Source of the DNA: an uncultured Candidatus Bathyarchaeia archaeon
GTDB taxonomy: Archaea > Thermoproteota > CALKCG01 > B24 > JAWCPE01
DNA: 64,000 nt
Direction: 5' to 3'
Assembly (NCBI GenBank): GCA_964396445.1
Contig: CAYNFI010000004.1
Location: 1,007-65,006 of the forward strand
Part shown: piece after piece, positions 38,026-49,034 of the stretch
Layout: every line of letters begins with the position of its first letter
Position numbering within the stretch: the stretch's first letter is position 1
The notes under the pieces: model-generated
Databases searched by the model: none
Told to the model about the DNA's origin: nothing
Seen by the model: the letters and a program-made list of their open reading frames with translations, nothing else
Position numbers and translations under genes: made by a program

Positions 38026-38535
38026 ATGTATGTGTTGTGGGCGCCTTGGAGGATGGAGTACATTCTAAAGGAGGCTGGGGGCTGTATCTTCTGCCAGAAA
38101 CCCCGTGAAGCCAGGGATGTGGAGAACTACATCCTTCACAGGGGTAGTACATGCTTTGTTATGCTGAACAGGTTTCCGTACAACAATGGGCATTTGATGG
38201 TTGTGCCTTACAAGCATGTTCCAAGCCTCGAGGACTTGGATGATGGGGAAGCCCTTGAACTCATGAAGACCATAGCGTTTTCAATACGCTGTTTACAGGA
38301 AGCCACGAAACCCCATGGCTTCAACGTTGGCTTAAACATTGGTAAGGTAGCAGGAGCGGGCTTCGAGGGTCACGTCCACGTCCACGTCGTTCCAAGGTGG
38401 GAGGGTGATACGAACTTTATGCCCGTATTCGCCGATACTAAAGTTGTTTCAGAAGCCCTCCAGACGACCTTTAACAGGCTTAAGGATACGTGGACGAGGT
38501 TGGGTTTAGGGTCTAGGGATGAAGACGAGGGCTGA
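38026..38535 (+). CDS. HIT-family nucleotide hydrolase/transferase
   Basis: Histidine triad GHVHVHVVPRW. Confidence 0.8.
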   Translation: MYVLWAPWRMEYILKEAGGCIFCQKPREARDVENYILHRGSTCFVMLNRFPYNNGHLMVVPYKHVPSLEDLDDGEALELMKTIAFSIRCLQEATKPHGFNVGLNIGKVAGAGFEGHVHVHVVPRWEGDTNFMPVFADTKVVSEALQTTFNRLKDTWTRLGLGSRDEDEG

Positions 38536-39015
38536 GATCACTGTGCCATAATGGTCCATGGGGATGTTAAGGATGTCGACCTGATACCTTATCTGCCCGA
38601 GCGTGATCCCCCTGTTCTTAGCCATCTCCGTAACCTTCCAGTTCAGGATCTCCTTCAAAGCTCTCCCCTCCATGTATCCATGCGCCTCAGCCACGATTCC
38701 ATAACGTCCCTCCTTTTCCCAAGCCCAGGCGATCCCAGCTCCGATGGTTTCACCTTCGTTTCCATCCATCCGCGCGATGACGGCATGGGTTATGGCTCCT
38801 ATGGGTATACGCCTCCTCCGAACCTGCCTCACGCCTGGTGGTAGGATTGAGCTTACAATGCAGAGGTTGCACTGCCCTATACCCGCCTTGATCAAAGCTA
38901 AGTCGAAGGCGTTAAGCTGTGAAACATGGGCTACGGCTTTGCCGCTTGTTACGAAGAACTCCTTCGGGACCACGTTTACTACACAACCCCATTTTTCATC
39001 GATTAGCAATACCAC
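38506..39015 (-). CDS. pdaD: pyruvoyl-dependent arginine decarboxylase
   Basis: PKEFFVTSGKAV...NLCIVSSILPP (self-processing Ser-Ser region). The 3' end overlaps the HIT gene by 30 nt, in convergent orientation. Confidence 0.85.
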   Translation of the reverse strand: MVLLIDEKWGCVVNVVPKEFFVTSGKAVAHVSQLNAFDLALIKAGIGQCNLCIVSSILPPGVRQVRRRRIPIGAITHAVIARMDGNEGETIGAGIAWAWEKEGRYGIVAEAHGYMEGRALKEILNWKVTEMAKNRGITLGQIRYQVDILNIPMDHYGTVISALVFIPRP

Positions 39016-39213
39016 TAGTATTAATATCTTTTCCTCCTATCTTAATTTCGCATAGAAGACGCTTATGGTGTCGTTATAGTGCAGTAGAATTTTTCAGTAA
39101 TACCTAGGATGGAGATACATTCTCTAGCTTATCCTTAAGATAATCTAGGTCTCCTTATACGTTAGTTAAGTTACGTAGGTACGGAAAAGGATGCCAGAGT
39201 CTTTTCCTAGAAG

Positions 39214-39794
39214 TTATTGCCCAAGGATTGACAAGAAAACCGCGTATAAAAACAACAAGATCAACCCTTCCCTCCTACCTAACCTTCCTCTTCCTGTTAG
39301 GAAATACCATAAAACCATGTTTGTGAGGAGTGAAAATGTCACCAAGTCTGAGTAAACCCTCATATCCATTGTAAAGGTTGTAACTATTAGGAAGGCTCCT
39401 AGGATTAATGATATGTTTGTGAATCCACTCCCGACCACTGTTCCAAGGGCTAAACCAGGTTGACCTTTGCTAAAAGCGCGATAGGAGACTGCCAGCTCAG
39501 GGAGACTTGTACCCAAGGCCACTATCGTCGCGCCAATCAAACCCTTGGAAACCCCAAAGGCTACAGCTATCCAGCCATAACCGAGACTGCCAGCTCAGGG
39601 AGGGAGGTAGAGGTGGCTAAGAGGGTGAAACCAACCGCGGTCTTCCCTATTCTGGTGACCTCCGATATCTTAACCGTATGGGTGATGGTCAATTCGCTGC
39701 TCTTATCTAGGACTACCATAGAAACGATTAGGATAACTACATTGATTACCAAGGAATACCACGTGTCTGCCGGCAGTTCCTGCAAGTTATTCAC
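39214..39794 (-). pseudogene. decayed Ca2+/cation antiporter (CaCA) paralogue
   Basis: Two ORFs (39567..39794 and 39214..39540) each carry a G(T/S)SLPELAVS alpha-repeat, but only about 30 codons apart and in different frames. The intact paralogue has them about 170 codons apart, so TM3-TM6 are missing. Confidence 0.6.
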
Positions 39795-40100
39795 CCCGTT
39801 GTTCTCTTAGTTAACTGACTATGAGATAAATAGTAAAAACCTTTCCCTATGGATTGGTTTTGTTCGACCATAGGAAATCAATGGATTTTAAACTATCCAG
39901 TTTCCAGCCACTTACAAGTTTGTCAATGTCTTTATTTTAACATAAAAAAAAGTTGTAATACTGATACCCATCTCCTAGAAATACATAAAGGTGTAGGCTA
40001 TGTATTTCGTGTTGAAAAACCTTGGATTTTTCACCTAAGCTTTCACTGTTCCCTTATCAAAACCCCTATATGAGTCAAAAGTGGGGATTTCGGTTAGGAA

Positions 40101-41075
40101 ATGGACCTAATCATCCAAGCCTTTGTACTCCTTGTTTCAGTGCTAGTCCTCGCTAAATCCAGCCACATTGTTATTCACAACGCCGTTAGTTTGGCGCGGT
40201 TCACAAGGCTCGACGAGTTGGTTATCGGCTTCCTCATAATCTCGGTTACCACATCTCTACCTGAACTAGCTGTCTCCATATCCTCTGTGTTAAAGGGTAA
40301 CATAGGAGTATCTGTTGGTAACCTCCTCGGCTCCAACATCACCGATATTTGCCTCATCGTCGGCATCGTCGCCCTGTTAAAACCCATGAAGGTCTCTAAG
40401 TGGACGTTCAGAGACCTCTCAGCTATACTGTTCCTAACATCTGTGGTCCCCATCTTCCTACTTTTTATCAAGGAAGCGGGACAACTCATCGGTGTCGTAT
40501 TACTAGCACTCTTCGTCTTCTTCTGCGGTTATTCCTTGAAGCAGAACATTGTGAGGAGACATCGGAGACATAGAAAAGCGAATACGTCTAAAATTCCCCA
40601 TGTGGATAAGGTACCCATTCTATTAACAACGGCCTTTCTCCTCGCAGGAATCGGAGGTGTTGTCATAAGCTCAAGCTTCGCCGTGGACTCAGCTTTGAAC
40701 GTGGCTTCAATCATAGGTATAGCTCCTACTGTTATCGGAGCAGCAGTCGTAGCAGTGGGCACATCCCTACCGGAGTTGTCAGTTAACTTAGCGGCTTTAA
40801 GGACTAAGCATTATAATTTGGCCCTAGGCGACGCTATAGGCGCTTGCATGACGAACGCAAGTTTAAACCTCGGCATCGTTCTCTTAGTCGCCCCGGTTAC
40901 TGTGAACATAAGCGTCTTCTCAACCCTCATATTTTTCCTCCTCCTCGCCAACCTCTTCATGTGGTATTTCCTAGAGCTCAGGAAGCTCACACACCGTGAG
41001 GGATTATTACTACTTATCATCTACAATATTTTCCTCGCCACAACCTTCGAGGCTCAAGTAGTGCTATTCAAGTAA
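40101..41075 (+). CDS. Ca2+/Na+(H+) antiporter, CaCA family
   Basis: 10-TM pattern with alpha-1 (TTSLPELAVSI...GNLLGSNITD) and alpha-2 (GTSLPELSVNL...GDAIGACMTN) repeats. Confidence 0.85.
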   Translation: MDLIIQAFVLLVSVLVLAKSSHIVIHNAVSLARFTRLDELVIGFLIISVTTSLPELAVSISSVLKGNIGVSVGNLLGSNITDICLIVGIVALLKPMKVSKWTFRDLSAILFLTSVVPIFLLFIKEAGQLIGVVLLALFVFFCGYSLKQNIVRRHRRHRKANTSKIPHVDKVPILLTTAFLLAGIGGVVISSSFAVDSALNVASIIGIAPTVIGAAVVAVGTSLPELSVNLAALRTKHYNLALGDAIGACMTNASLNLGIVLLVAPVTVNISVFSTLIFFLLLANLFMWYFLELRKLTHREGLLLLIIYNIFLATTFEAQVVLFK

Positions 41076-41622
41076 GTAATAGTATAACAGCGACGCGTTC
41101 AATACCCTTGCACTCTCACATACAACGAAGAGTTATAGTAAAACCATGAACTCAAGATGTCAAATGCAGAGGTTTACTGCATTTCCGAAGTACAGGTTTT
41201 TCTGAGAAGGTCTCTCTGACAATCTTCAAAATCATTCTTTACCTCATTCTCCGGCGAAAACCTTGTTTCAATTTTTTAGGATCATCAAAGGAAAATATCC
41301 GCACCTAATAAGGTGTGAACATCCACGGTTTTTACAAACTAATCCGAATAAAAGATTATACTAACCCTAGTAATCAGGTATGCCTTAAAAGCTTACTCAC
41401 ATAATTCCCGCGGGTTATTTTCCACATGATAGTGGCACTCGAACCTACGCATGCTGCTTTAAAATACTCGAAGATTATTTTAACCCATTACCTAGTTCGA
41501 GTACTTCACGAATCGAGTTCACATACAGTTCCAATGAAACATATGCTGTAGGACGTTACGTTCGTAATACCAAGGTTCATTTTTCATACTTCTGTCATGA
41601 TAGTCGGGAGTTCGCAGTCACA

Positions 41623-44358
41623 ATGGTTAGAGATGGGGTAGGTGAAAGTCTTCCAAACCAGATAATTGGTGTGACTTGGCATGCGACCCCTACACAGGAA
41701 ACCCTAGCCTTATTACAAACATCTGAAAAGGGTCTGAAGGCTACAGAGACTGAGTATAGGCTTCGACAACACGGAGCAAATGAGCTCAACCAGACCAAAC
41801 GCGTCTCAGCTCTACAGACGTTTCTCAGCCAGTTTAAGAGCATTCTCGTCCTTATACTCCTCGCGGCGACAATCATCTCAGCGCTTATAGGTGAGGTAAC
41901 AGATGCTCTTGTAATTACCTTAATAATTTTGGCTAACGCCCTCCTTGGGTTCGTACAGGAGAGGCGTGCTGAGAAAGCACTTGAGGCAATGAAGAATTTA
42001 ACTGCGTCCAAGGCTCGCGTGATGCGTGATGGTGAAACAACTGAGATTCCCGCCCGAGAGGTTGTTCAAGGGGATATCTTGCTTCTGGAGGCAGGGGATA
42101 GAGTAGCTGCCGATGCGAGGCTACTGCACACTGCAAGCTTAGAGATGGACGAGTCCTCCTTGACGGGGGAATCCACCCCTGTCCGTAAATTGGCGCGTGA
42201 CTTTAACCCTGAAACATCACTTGCGGACCGGGGGAATATGGTCTACATGAGCACCAGTGTGATGAGTGGTCGGGGAAGAGCTGTGGTCGTTGCCACAGCC
42301 ATGGGAACCGAGCTCGGGAAGATAGCTAAGCTCGTCCAAGCCGAAGAGCAGACTGAAACCCCCTTACAGCAAAAGCTGAATCGATTTGGGAAACAGATCG
42401 GCTTACTCGTCGTAGCCATTATAATCATCATCTTCGCAGCCAAGATGTTGGAGGGTCTAAACCCAGTTGAGGTCTCCATGGTCGCGATCAGCTTAGCCGT
42501 CGCAGCGGTCCCCGAGGGGTTACCGGCGATCGTAACCGTTACCCTAGCCTTGGGCGTAGCTAGGATGGCATTAAAAAACGCTGTAGTGAGGCGGCTTTCA
42601 TCTGTGGAGACGTTGGGCTCAGTTACAGTCATCTGCTCTGACAAGACTGGTACATTGACGAGAAACGAGATGACAGTCAAGCAGCTATATGTAGGTAGGG
42701 ACTTGGTCGAGGTCACAGGGGAAGGCTATAGACCGGAGGGACAACTACTCCGAGACGAGATGTCTGTTGACAGTCTACACGATACAGGGATATCAAGGTT
42801 AATGCAGACAGTAGCACTCTGCAACGACGCGGATTTAGTTCAGGAAGGTGAGTTCTGGAGGATTAGAAGTGATCCCACCGAGGGTGCGCTCCTTGTCGCA
42901 GCCGCGAAATCCGGGATAATGTTTGATGAACTTAGGGAATCCTCACCACGTATTGACGAAGTGCCCTTCTCTTCTGAGCGGAAAAGGATGACGACGATCA
43001 ACAAGGCGCCGGACGAAGGCGTCTTCGCCTACATGAAGGGAGCCCCCGAGGTTGTTTTAGAATGTTGTAATAGCATCTTCAATAACGGAGGGGAGCGCGA
43101 CCTGAGCAAGGAAGAAAAGCTGAAGATTTTGGATTTGAATCAAGAGATGGCTAGTCATGGGTTAAGGCTGCTCGGCGCGGCTTACAAACAGTTACCTAGT
43201 GTAGCTCAATACGATCCAGTTGATGTCGAGAGGAACATGGTCTTCGTTGGCCTAGTTGGGATGATCGATGCACCAAGGGAGGAGGCTAAAAGGGCGATCA
43301 TGACCTGTAAGGAGGCGGGGATTAAAGTCGTGATGATTACCGGCGATCACAAGTCGACAGCCGTCGCCGTCGCCCAGGAACTCGGCCTCATCGAAGGCTC
43401 GGGAATAGTTCTTACCGGCGCGGAGGTAGATCGATTGAACGATACCGAGCTTGATGAGGTTATAGAGGACGTAGTCATCTATGCCAGGGTTTCGCCAGAA
43501 CACAAGACTAGGATTGTGAGGGCACTTAAGAAGAAGGGCCACATCGTCGCAATGACTGGAGATGGGGTGAACGATGCGCCGGCACTTAAGAACGCTGACA
43601 TGGGTATCGCGATGGGTATCACAGGCACTGAGGTCTCGAAGGAGGCCTCAGACATGGTCCTCGCAGACGATAATTTCGCAACAATAGTGACGGCGGTCGA
43701 GGAGGGGAGACGGATCTACGATAACATAGCTGGGTTCATTCGTTTCCTTCTCGCCGTAAACTTCGCCGAAGTCGCCCTTATACCCCTAGCTACCGTTCTC
43801 GGAATACCCTTTCCCCTCCTCCCTGTTCAAATCCTCTTCGTTAATGTTGTTACTGATGGGTTGCCAGCCGCAGCTCTAGGGTTCGACCCACCAGACCCTG
43901 ATGTAATGCAACAAAGACCGAGGAACCCTAAGGAGGGGCTCCTGAGCAGATGCAAGCTCTTCATCCTAGCCTCTACCCTCCTTATGCTAATAGGTGCTAT
44001 GGCATCGTTCTACTGGGGCCTGATAACTGCGAATGAAGTTGTCGCGCGCACGATGACGTTCACACAAATAGTCTTCTTTGAACTCATCGTTATCTTTAAC
44101 TGCCGATCTGAGACAAGATCAGTCTTCCGGCTGAATCCGACTTCAAATAGATGGTTACTAGCTGCTGTCGCCTCTTCCGCTCTCATCCAACTGCTAGTAG
44201 TCTACATGCCCTTCTTTCAGAACCTCCTCGGAACAACCCCTCTTGATACAACGCAATGGATCGTGGTTTTACTGACATCAAGTCTGGCGTTCTTAGCACT
44301 CCCGGAATTTTTCATCAAGCGAGCAGAGAACGCTTTTAAGTCAAGAACATACAACTGA
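41623..44358 (+). CDS. P-type cation-transporting ATPase (P2, Ca2+-ATPase-like)
   Basis: CSDKTGTLT phosphorylation site, TGES, MITGDH, GDGVNDAPAL, and the PEGLP motif in TM4. Confidence 0.9.
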   Translation: MVRDGVGESLPNQIIGVTWHATPTQETLALLQTSEKGLKATETEYRLRQHGANELNQTKRVSALQTFLSQFKSILVLILLAATIISALIGEVTDALVITLIILANALLGFVQERRAEKALEAMKNLTASKARVMRDGETTEIPAREVVQGDILLLEAGDRVAADARLLHTASLEMDESSLTGESTPVRKLARDFNPETSLADRGNMVYMSTSVMSGRGRAVVVATAMGTELGKIAKLVQAEEQTETPLQQKLNRFGKQIGLLVVAIIIIIFAAKMLEGLNPVEVSMVAISLAVAAVPEGLPAIVTVTLALGVARMALKNAVVRRLSSVETLGSVTVICSDKTGTLTRNEMTVKQLYVGRDLVEVTGEGYRPEGQLLRDEMSVDSLHDTGISRLMQTVALCNDADLVQEGEFWRIRSDPTEGALLVAAAKSGIMFDELRESSPRIDEVPFSSERKRMTTINKAPDEGVFAYMKGAPEVVLECCNSIFNNGGERDLSKEEKLKILDLNQEMASHGLRLLGAAYKQLPSVAQYDPVDVERNMVFVGLVGMIDAPREEAKRAIMTCKEAGIKVVMITGDHKSTAVAVAQELGLIEGSGIVLTGAEVDRLNDTELDEVIEDVVIYARVSPEHKTRIVRALKKKGHIVAMTGDGVNDAPALKNADMGIAMGITGTEVSKEASDMVLADDNFATIVTAVEEGRRIYDNIAGFIRFLLAVNFAEVALIPLATVLGIPFPLLPVQILFVNVVTDGLPAAALGFDPPDPDVMQQRPRNPKEGLLSRCKLFILASTLLMLIGAMASFYWGLITANEVVARTMTFTQIVFFELIVIFNCRSETRSVFRLNPTSNRWLLAAVASSALIQLLVVYMPFFQNLLGTTPLDTTQWIVVLLTSSLAFLALPEFFIKRAENAFKSRTYN

Positions 44359-44821
44359 CCATATTGAGACGTTCTTTACCAAGCAATACAAAATTCCGTA
44401 GCACACATACACAGCCACAAAATATAAACAGAGGAATAGTTATGGTAGGCTAATACCCTCACCGATCAAATCATATCTTAACTAAGCCAGTCAAGGGACA
44501 GTCTCAAGAAGCTTGGGAAGCGGAGGACTTAGTTACGTTTCGCAGCAAGTTTCCAGCGAAGTACCAGAGGTACGCTGTTAAGAGAAGCATGGTAAACAGA
44601 TGAATAATTAATTTGACCTTATTATGCTCTTCACAATCTGTCCTATTCTGTAATGCAGGAAGCTTCACTGTGTCAAGCAATCGGCTGATTCGGAGTTCCC
44701 TTTGTATAATTCAAATCTACACTTTCAACATTTTATAGGGTACTCAACAACAATTAGACATTATAGTTTTTATTGAACGCTGTGTAAGTCTATCCTTCAG
44801 CAGTGGAGTGGCTAACTTGGT

Positions 44822-45304
44822 ATGAGAAGTGGTAGAAAGCATTCTGTGACTATAAGGGAAATGACCATCGATGACCTACCCGCCGTCTATCATCTAGGGG
44901 AAAGACTTTTCACAAGTGCAACTTTTCCCCTCCTCTACCGCACATGGGATGAATACGAGGTTACACATTATTTTAACACGGAACCCGAGCTTTGTTTAGT
45001 CGCAGAGGTTGAAGGGAGAATAGTCGGCTTCGCCATCGGTACAACGGTTGAGAAGCCTGGTACAGCGTGGAAATACGGTTATCTCCTTTGGCTCGGCGTG
45101 AAGAGGAGCTACCAAAGGACGGGGATGGGAAGAAGATTATACTCGGAGATGGAGAAGAGAATGCTTAAACAAGGTGTAAGAATGGTTATCGTCGACACGG
45201 AAGGCGATAATCTTAAAGCGATTAGTTTCTTTAAGAAGGCCGGTTTCTCAGAAGCTCGAACCTATATATGGATGACCAAAACCCCTTCGAAGGAGAAGGA
45301 GTGA
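44822..45304 (+). CDS. GNAT family N-acetyltransferase
   Basis: Acetyl-CoA motif A, RSYQRTGMGRRL. Confidence 0.75.
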   Translation: MRSGRKHSVTIREMTIDDLPAVYHLGERLFTSATFPLLYRTWDEYEVTHYFNTEPELCLVAEVEGRIVGFAIGTTVEKPGTAWKYGYLLWLGVKRSYQRTGMGRRLYSEMEKRMLKQGVRMVIVDTEGDNLKAISFFKKAGFSEARTYIWMTKTPSKEKE

Positions 45305-45317
45305 GGCTGTGTAGGCT

Positions 45318-46442
45318 CTAGATTGAATCAACTAGTTGATGCCAATCCTGTTTCAGCCGCGGTCTTGGATACCACAGCTCCTTCTTCTCCACAAGGGCTC
45401 TAAAGAGAAAGGGCAGAGCTATTGTCGCATCCATGTACACTGTGGCGTGGAAAGCTTCCGCGGTTAGCTTACCCCAAGACTGTGCTTCCTCAAGGGTGCA
45501 TCCTGATAAACCACCCCATTTAGGATCATCGGTTGTTATCTGCACCGCGTAGACATGTCCCTGGACATTAGACCCGACTACTTCGGCCATAGGCTCTAGT
45601 TGTTGGATGTAATTCTTTGGAACCCCTCCCCCAATATAGATCGTCGCAGTTTTCCCAGATGCCTCCTTGATCCGAAGGATCTCTAAGTTATCCTCAATAG
45701 GGTCTATCAGGAAATACTTTTTTCCCTCCTTTAGCTTCTTGGCCCTATGTGCGGTGAGAGCGATCCCTATTGAGCTGTCGTTGAGGGCTGGGCAAAAGAT
45801 AGGCACGTTCTCCTCAGCTGCTGTCGCGAGAATCGATTCTTTATCCTGTAACTGCTTTCCAAGAAGGTAGAGAAACTCCCTGCTTGAGTATGGACGTGGC
45901 ATCAGGGTTTCAGCGAAGTTTACGATGGATAGGTCAGTTTGTATAAACTCATTATCATGAGCGTAGGTGTCGTAGATCCTGTCCACACGCATCTCCCTTA
46001 ACTCCACATCGCTGACTTGCTTGTTTTCAACGTAATGGTGGAAACCTAGGGCTTCATGTAAATCGTGTAGAAGGTTTGCTCCCGTCGAAACGAGGACATC
46101 CACGATATGTAACTTAACCATGTCCCGTACAACCTTTCTCATACCTCCGGGAACCATTGCCCCAGCTAAACCCATGAAGACAACTGGTCTAGTAGGGTCT
46201 GTTAACATTTTTAACAAGACATCGAGGCATCGGGAAAGGTTTCTACTCTGAAAAGACGTGTATTTGAAGGATTCTATTAACTCACTGACACCTGAATGGG
46301 ATAAACCGTCGAAATGCCTGACAGGCGTCCCTAAAACGCTACTCGCCTTAATTTCCGCTGTAGAAGAGTCGACAGAAGGTTCTACCTTACCAGAAACCTT
46401 CTTGGGGCATCTTTTCAACTTAGAGTTTCGTTTCGGGCTCAT
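45318..46442 (-). CDS. dys: deoxyhypusine synthase
   Basis: FMGLAGAMVPGGMR, LVSTGANLLHD, and DPKWGGLSGCTLEEAQSWGK. It has a basic ~45-aa N-terminal extension, so the true start is uncertain. Confidence 0.85.
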   Translation of the reverse strand: MSPKRNSKLKRCPKKVSGKVEPSVDSSTAEIKASSVLGTPVRHFDGLSHSGVSELIESFKYTSFQSRNLSRCLDVLLKMLTDPTRPVVFMGLAGAMVPGGMRKVVRDMVKLHIVDVLVSTGANLLHDLHEALGFHHYVENKQVSDVELREMRVDRIYDTYAHDNEFIQTDLSIVNFAETLMPRPYSSREFLYLLGKQLQDKESILATAAEENVPIFCPALNDSSIGIALTAHRAKKLKEGKKYFLIDPIEDNLEILRIKEASGKTATIYIGGGVPKNYIQQLEPMAEVVGSNVQGHVYAVQITTDDPKWGGLSGCTLEEAQSWGKLTAEAFHATVYMDATIALPFLFRALVEKKELWYPRPRLKQDWHQLVDSI

Positions 46443-46838
46443 TCCTACAGATAAGTTACTTTATGTTCGAAATATTATTATTAATAAAACGCATTTAAAC
46501 CTTTCTCCGCATAATTGAAATGACGGATCCTAGCGTAGATTCGTAAACACCACAGGAACCCCTAATTCACAAAAACGTCCAACCATAATTCAAGCTTTTT
46601 TTAGGATTGAAACTGGAACTTGGTACTTCATAGCTTATGTACGACGAAAAACACCTATACTACAAATACGAACAGTTTTTCTCCAACGCAAACTAAGGCT
46701 CATGTATCGATTTCTCATTTCTTTTTAAAAACCATTACCTGTTACCTCACAGTTAAAAACTATAAAAAATAGTTTACCTTAAGTTAATGGGCTGCACTTA
46801 TATTCCTGAATCCATTCCGTGAACATTAAAAGTGATCA

Positions 46839-48839
46839 TTAAAACAAGGAATACACAACTATGAGTGGGGCAAAAACTGAAGCAACTAGGGCCATGACAG
46901 TGATCATGGTGTTGAGGGAAGGACCAGCAGTGTCCTTGAACGGGTCTCCAACAGTATCACCTATGACTGCTGCCTTATGAGCATCAGACCCCTTACCACC
47001 AAAGGCTCCAGCCTCTATGTATTTCTTAGCGTTATCCCACATTCCACCCGAATTAGCCATTAGCAATGCGAAGACTATTCCTGTGATGATGCTACCTCCT
47101 AGGAAACCTCCGAGAGCTTGAACGCCGAGTATGAACCCAACCGATAAAGGAGCGATCATAGCTGCCACAGATGGTATTACGAGTTCCTTCAAGGCACCCT
47201 TAGTCGCCATATCAACGCATCTTTTATAATCAGGCTTACCTTCGCCTTGGAGTAGACCCGGTATCTCCCTGAACTGCCTTCTAACCTCTTCAACCATCTT
47301 AAAAGCGTTCTTTCCCACAGCTAGTATCAACAAGGCTGAAAGCACTGGGGGCATCATCGCGCCGAGGAAAATTCCAGCTATAACCTTCGGGTCCATAAGG
47401 TTGACCACTTCGATTTCAACTAACACCGCGTAGGCGGCGAACAAGGCGAGAACCTGTAAAGCCGCAGCGCCAATGGCGAAACCCTTAGATATGGCTTTCG
47501 CAGTGTTACCTGCTGCGTCCAACTTGTCAGCCACTTCAATCACTTCTTCACCTAAGCCGGACTGCTCAGCTATACCCTTCGCGTTATCCACTATCGGACC
47601 ATAAGCGTCAGCGGAGATGATCATTCCAAGCGTAGATAACATCCCGACTGCGGCTATCGTTACGCCATATATTGGACTAAGTCCATACATCGCTGCGATA
47701 TACCAAGAAGCTAGTGTCGCAACGACTATGCCGATCACAGGAGGTATGATGCTGATTATTCCATATGAAAAACCTGATAGAATATTTATCGCTGCGCCTG
47801 TTTTTGCGGCTTCAGCGGTCTTTCTTACCGGTAGTTTATCTATCGAAGTGAAAAAGTCAGTGGTCATCCCTATTAATAACCCAGCTACTAACCCTGCAAT
47901 CGTTGCAAAGAATATTCCAAGACCATGATTTCCAATCCCTAAGGAATATATAATTACGAAATTTAAGATCGCGAATATGACGCATGTTGCATAGGTTCCC
48001 CTGTTGAGCGCCGCGCCGGGGTTTCCCCTTTTCCCTACCTTCGTAAAAAGCATTCCAATCACTGAAGATATTATCCCCGCTGCCTCAATCAGAAGAGGAA
48101 GAATGACGTATGTTCCCCCTAGGGTTGAACCGATTATCATCGCTGCGATGATACCGGCTATGTAAGAATCGATGAGGTCCGCGCCCATACCCGCCACATC
48201 ACCGACATTGTCACCGACATTATCTGCGATCACAGCGGGATTCCTGGGATCGTCCTCTGGAATACCAAGTTCTACTTTACCCACCAAATCAGCGCTTATA
48301 TCAGCTGTTTTTGTGTATATGCCTCCACCCGCCTTCGCAAATAACGCTAAGGCACTCGCTCCAAAACTGAAGCCTAGAATAACCTCTAGTTTTCCAGGTC
48401 CAAAAAAGTAGAAAAGAACGCTGATCCCGAGTAAAGCAATTCCGACCGTGGATAAACCCATTATCGCCCCTCCGTAGAAGCCTGTGGAAAAAGCCTTGTT
48501 CAACCCTTTTCTAGCAGCGTTAGCCGTCCGAACGTTCGACCTTACCGCTGCGTTCATCCCGAAAAAGCTTGCTATACTAGTACAGAAAGAGCCTAAAAGA
48601 TAGGATAAAGCCATTTCGTAACCGAAAAAGGTTCCTAATAAAGCGGCTACGACAAAGACGAAAACAGATAACGTCATATACTGCCTTTTTAGATAGGTAT
48701 TAGCACCTTCCATAATAGCCTCGGAAATTTCCTTCATTCTGGGAGTACCGATCTCCTGTTTTCTTATGTAATAGAACAAGCAAATCGCGGAAAAAATTGA
48801 AATTATACTCGAGATCGGAGCGATCAGCAATAAATCCAT
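46839..48839 (-). CDS. hppA: membrane-bound H+/Na+-translocating pyrophosphatase
   Basis: GDNVGDVAGMGADL, GGMWDNAKKYIE, and GDTVGDPFKDTAGPSLN. Confidence 0.9.
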   Translation of the reverse strand: MDLLLIAPISSIISIFSAICLFYYIRKQEIGTPRMKEISEAIMEGANTYLKRQYMTLSVFVFVVAALLGTFFGYEMALSYLLGSFCTSIASFFGMNAAVRSNVRTANAARKGLNKAFSTGFYGGAIMGLSTVGIALLGISVLFYFFGPGKLEVILGFSFGASALALFAKAGGGIYTKTADISADLVGKVELGIPEDDPRNPAVIADNVGDNVGDVAGMGADLIDSYIAGIIAAMIIGSTLGGTYVILPLLIEAAGIISSVIGMLFTKVGKRGNPGAALNRGTYATCVIFAILNFVIIYSLGIGNHGLGIFFATIAGLVAGLLIGMTTDFFTSIDKLPVRKTAEAAKTGAAINILSGFSYGIISIIPPVIGIVVATLASWYIAAMYGLSPIYGVTIAAVGMLSTLGMIISADAYGPIVDNAKGIAEQSGLGEEVIEVADKLDAAGNTAKAISKGFAIGAAALQVLALFAAYAVLVEIEVVNLMDPKVIAGIFLGAMMPPVLSALLILAVGKNAFKMVEEVRRQFREIPGLLQGEGKPDYKRCVDMATKGALKELVIPSVAAMIAPLSVGFILGVQALGGFLGGSIITGIVFALLMANSGGMWDNAKKYIEAGAFGGKGSDAHKAAVIGDTVGDPFKDTAGPSLNTMITVMALVASVFAPLIVVYSLF

Positions 48840-49034
48840 TTGCCCATCATTTCCTCATCGCATATAACATAATACGCGTGTAGCGTCTACGCTCGCTTAT
48901 CTCTCCCTCTTCAAGCATTGCGACCACTTTACTTTGCCCATCAACTTATTAAAGACTTCGAATAAGATTGTTAAGCCGATGGTTTAAGCTCTTTCAGATA
49001 GGGAAAGCGCGTTTATTCACTCTGGGGGTCTCAG

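Noticed and set aside
38506-38535. 30-nt convergent overlap of the HIT and pdaD genes as a regulatory feature
   Set aside because: Short 3'-3' overlaps are common in compact archaeal genomes, and no structure or motif was seen.
41437-41460. tRNA-like T-loop (minus strand GGTTCGAGTGCC)
   Set aside because: The flanking bases cannot form a T-stem or an acceptor stem, and no cloverleaf can be drawn.
48840-48945. Direct 10-mer TTGCCCATCA repeated 93 nt apart upstream of hppA/xpd
   Set aside because: It is a single short repeat pair with no further structure, so it is indistinguishable from chance.
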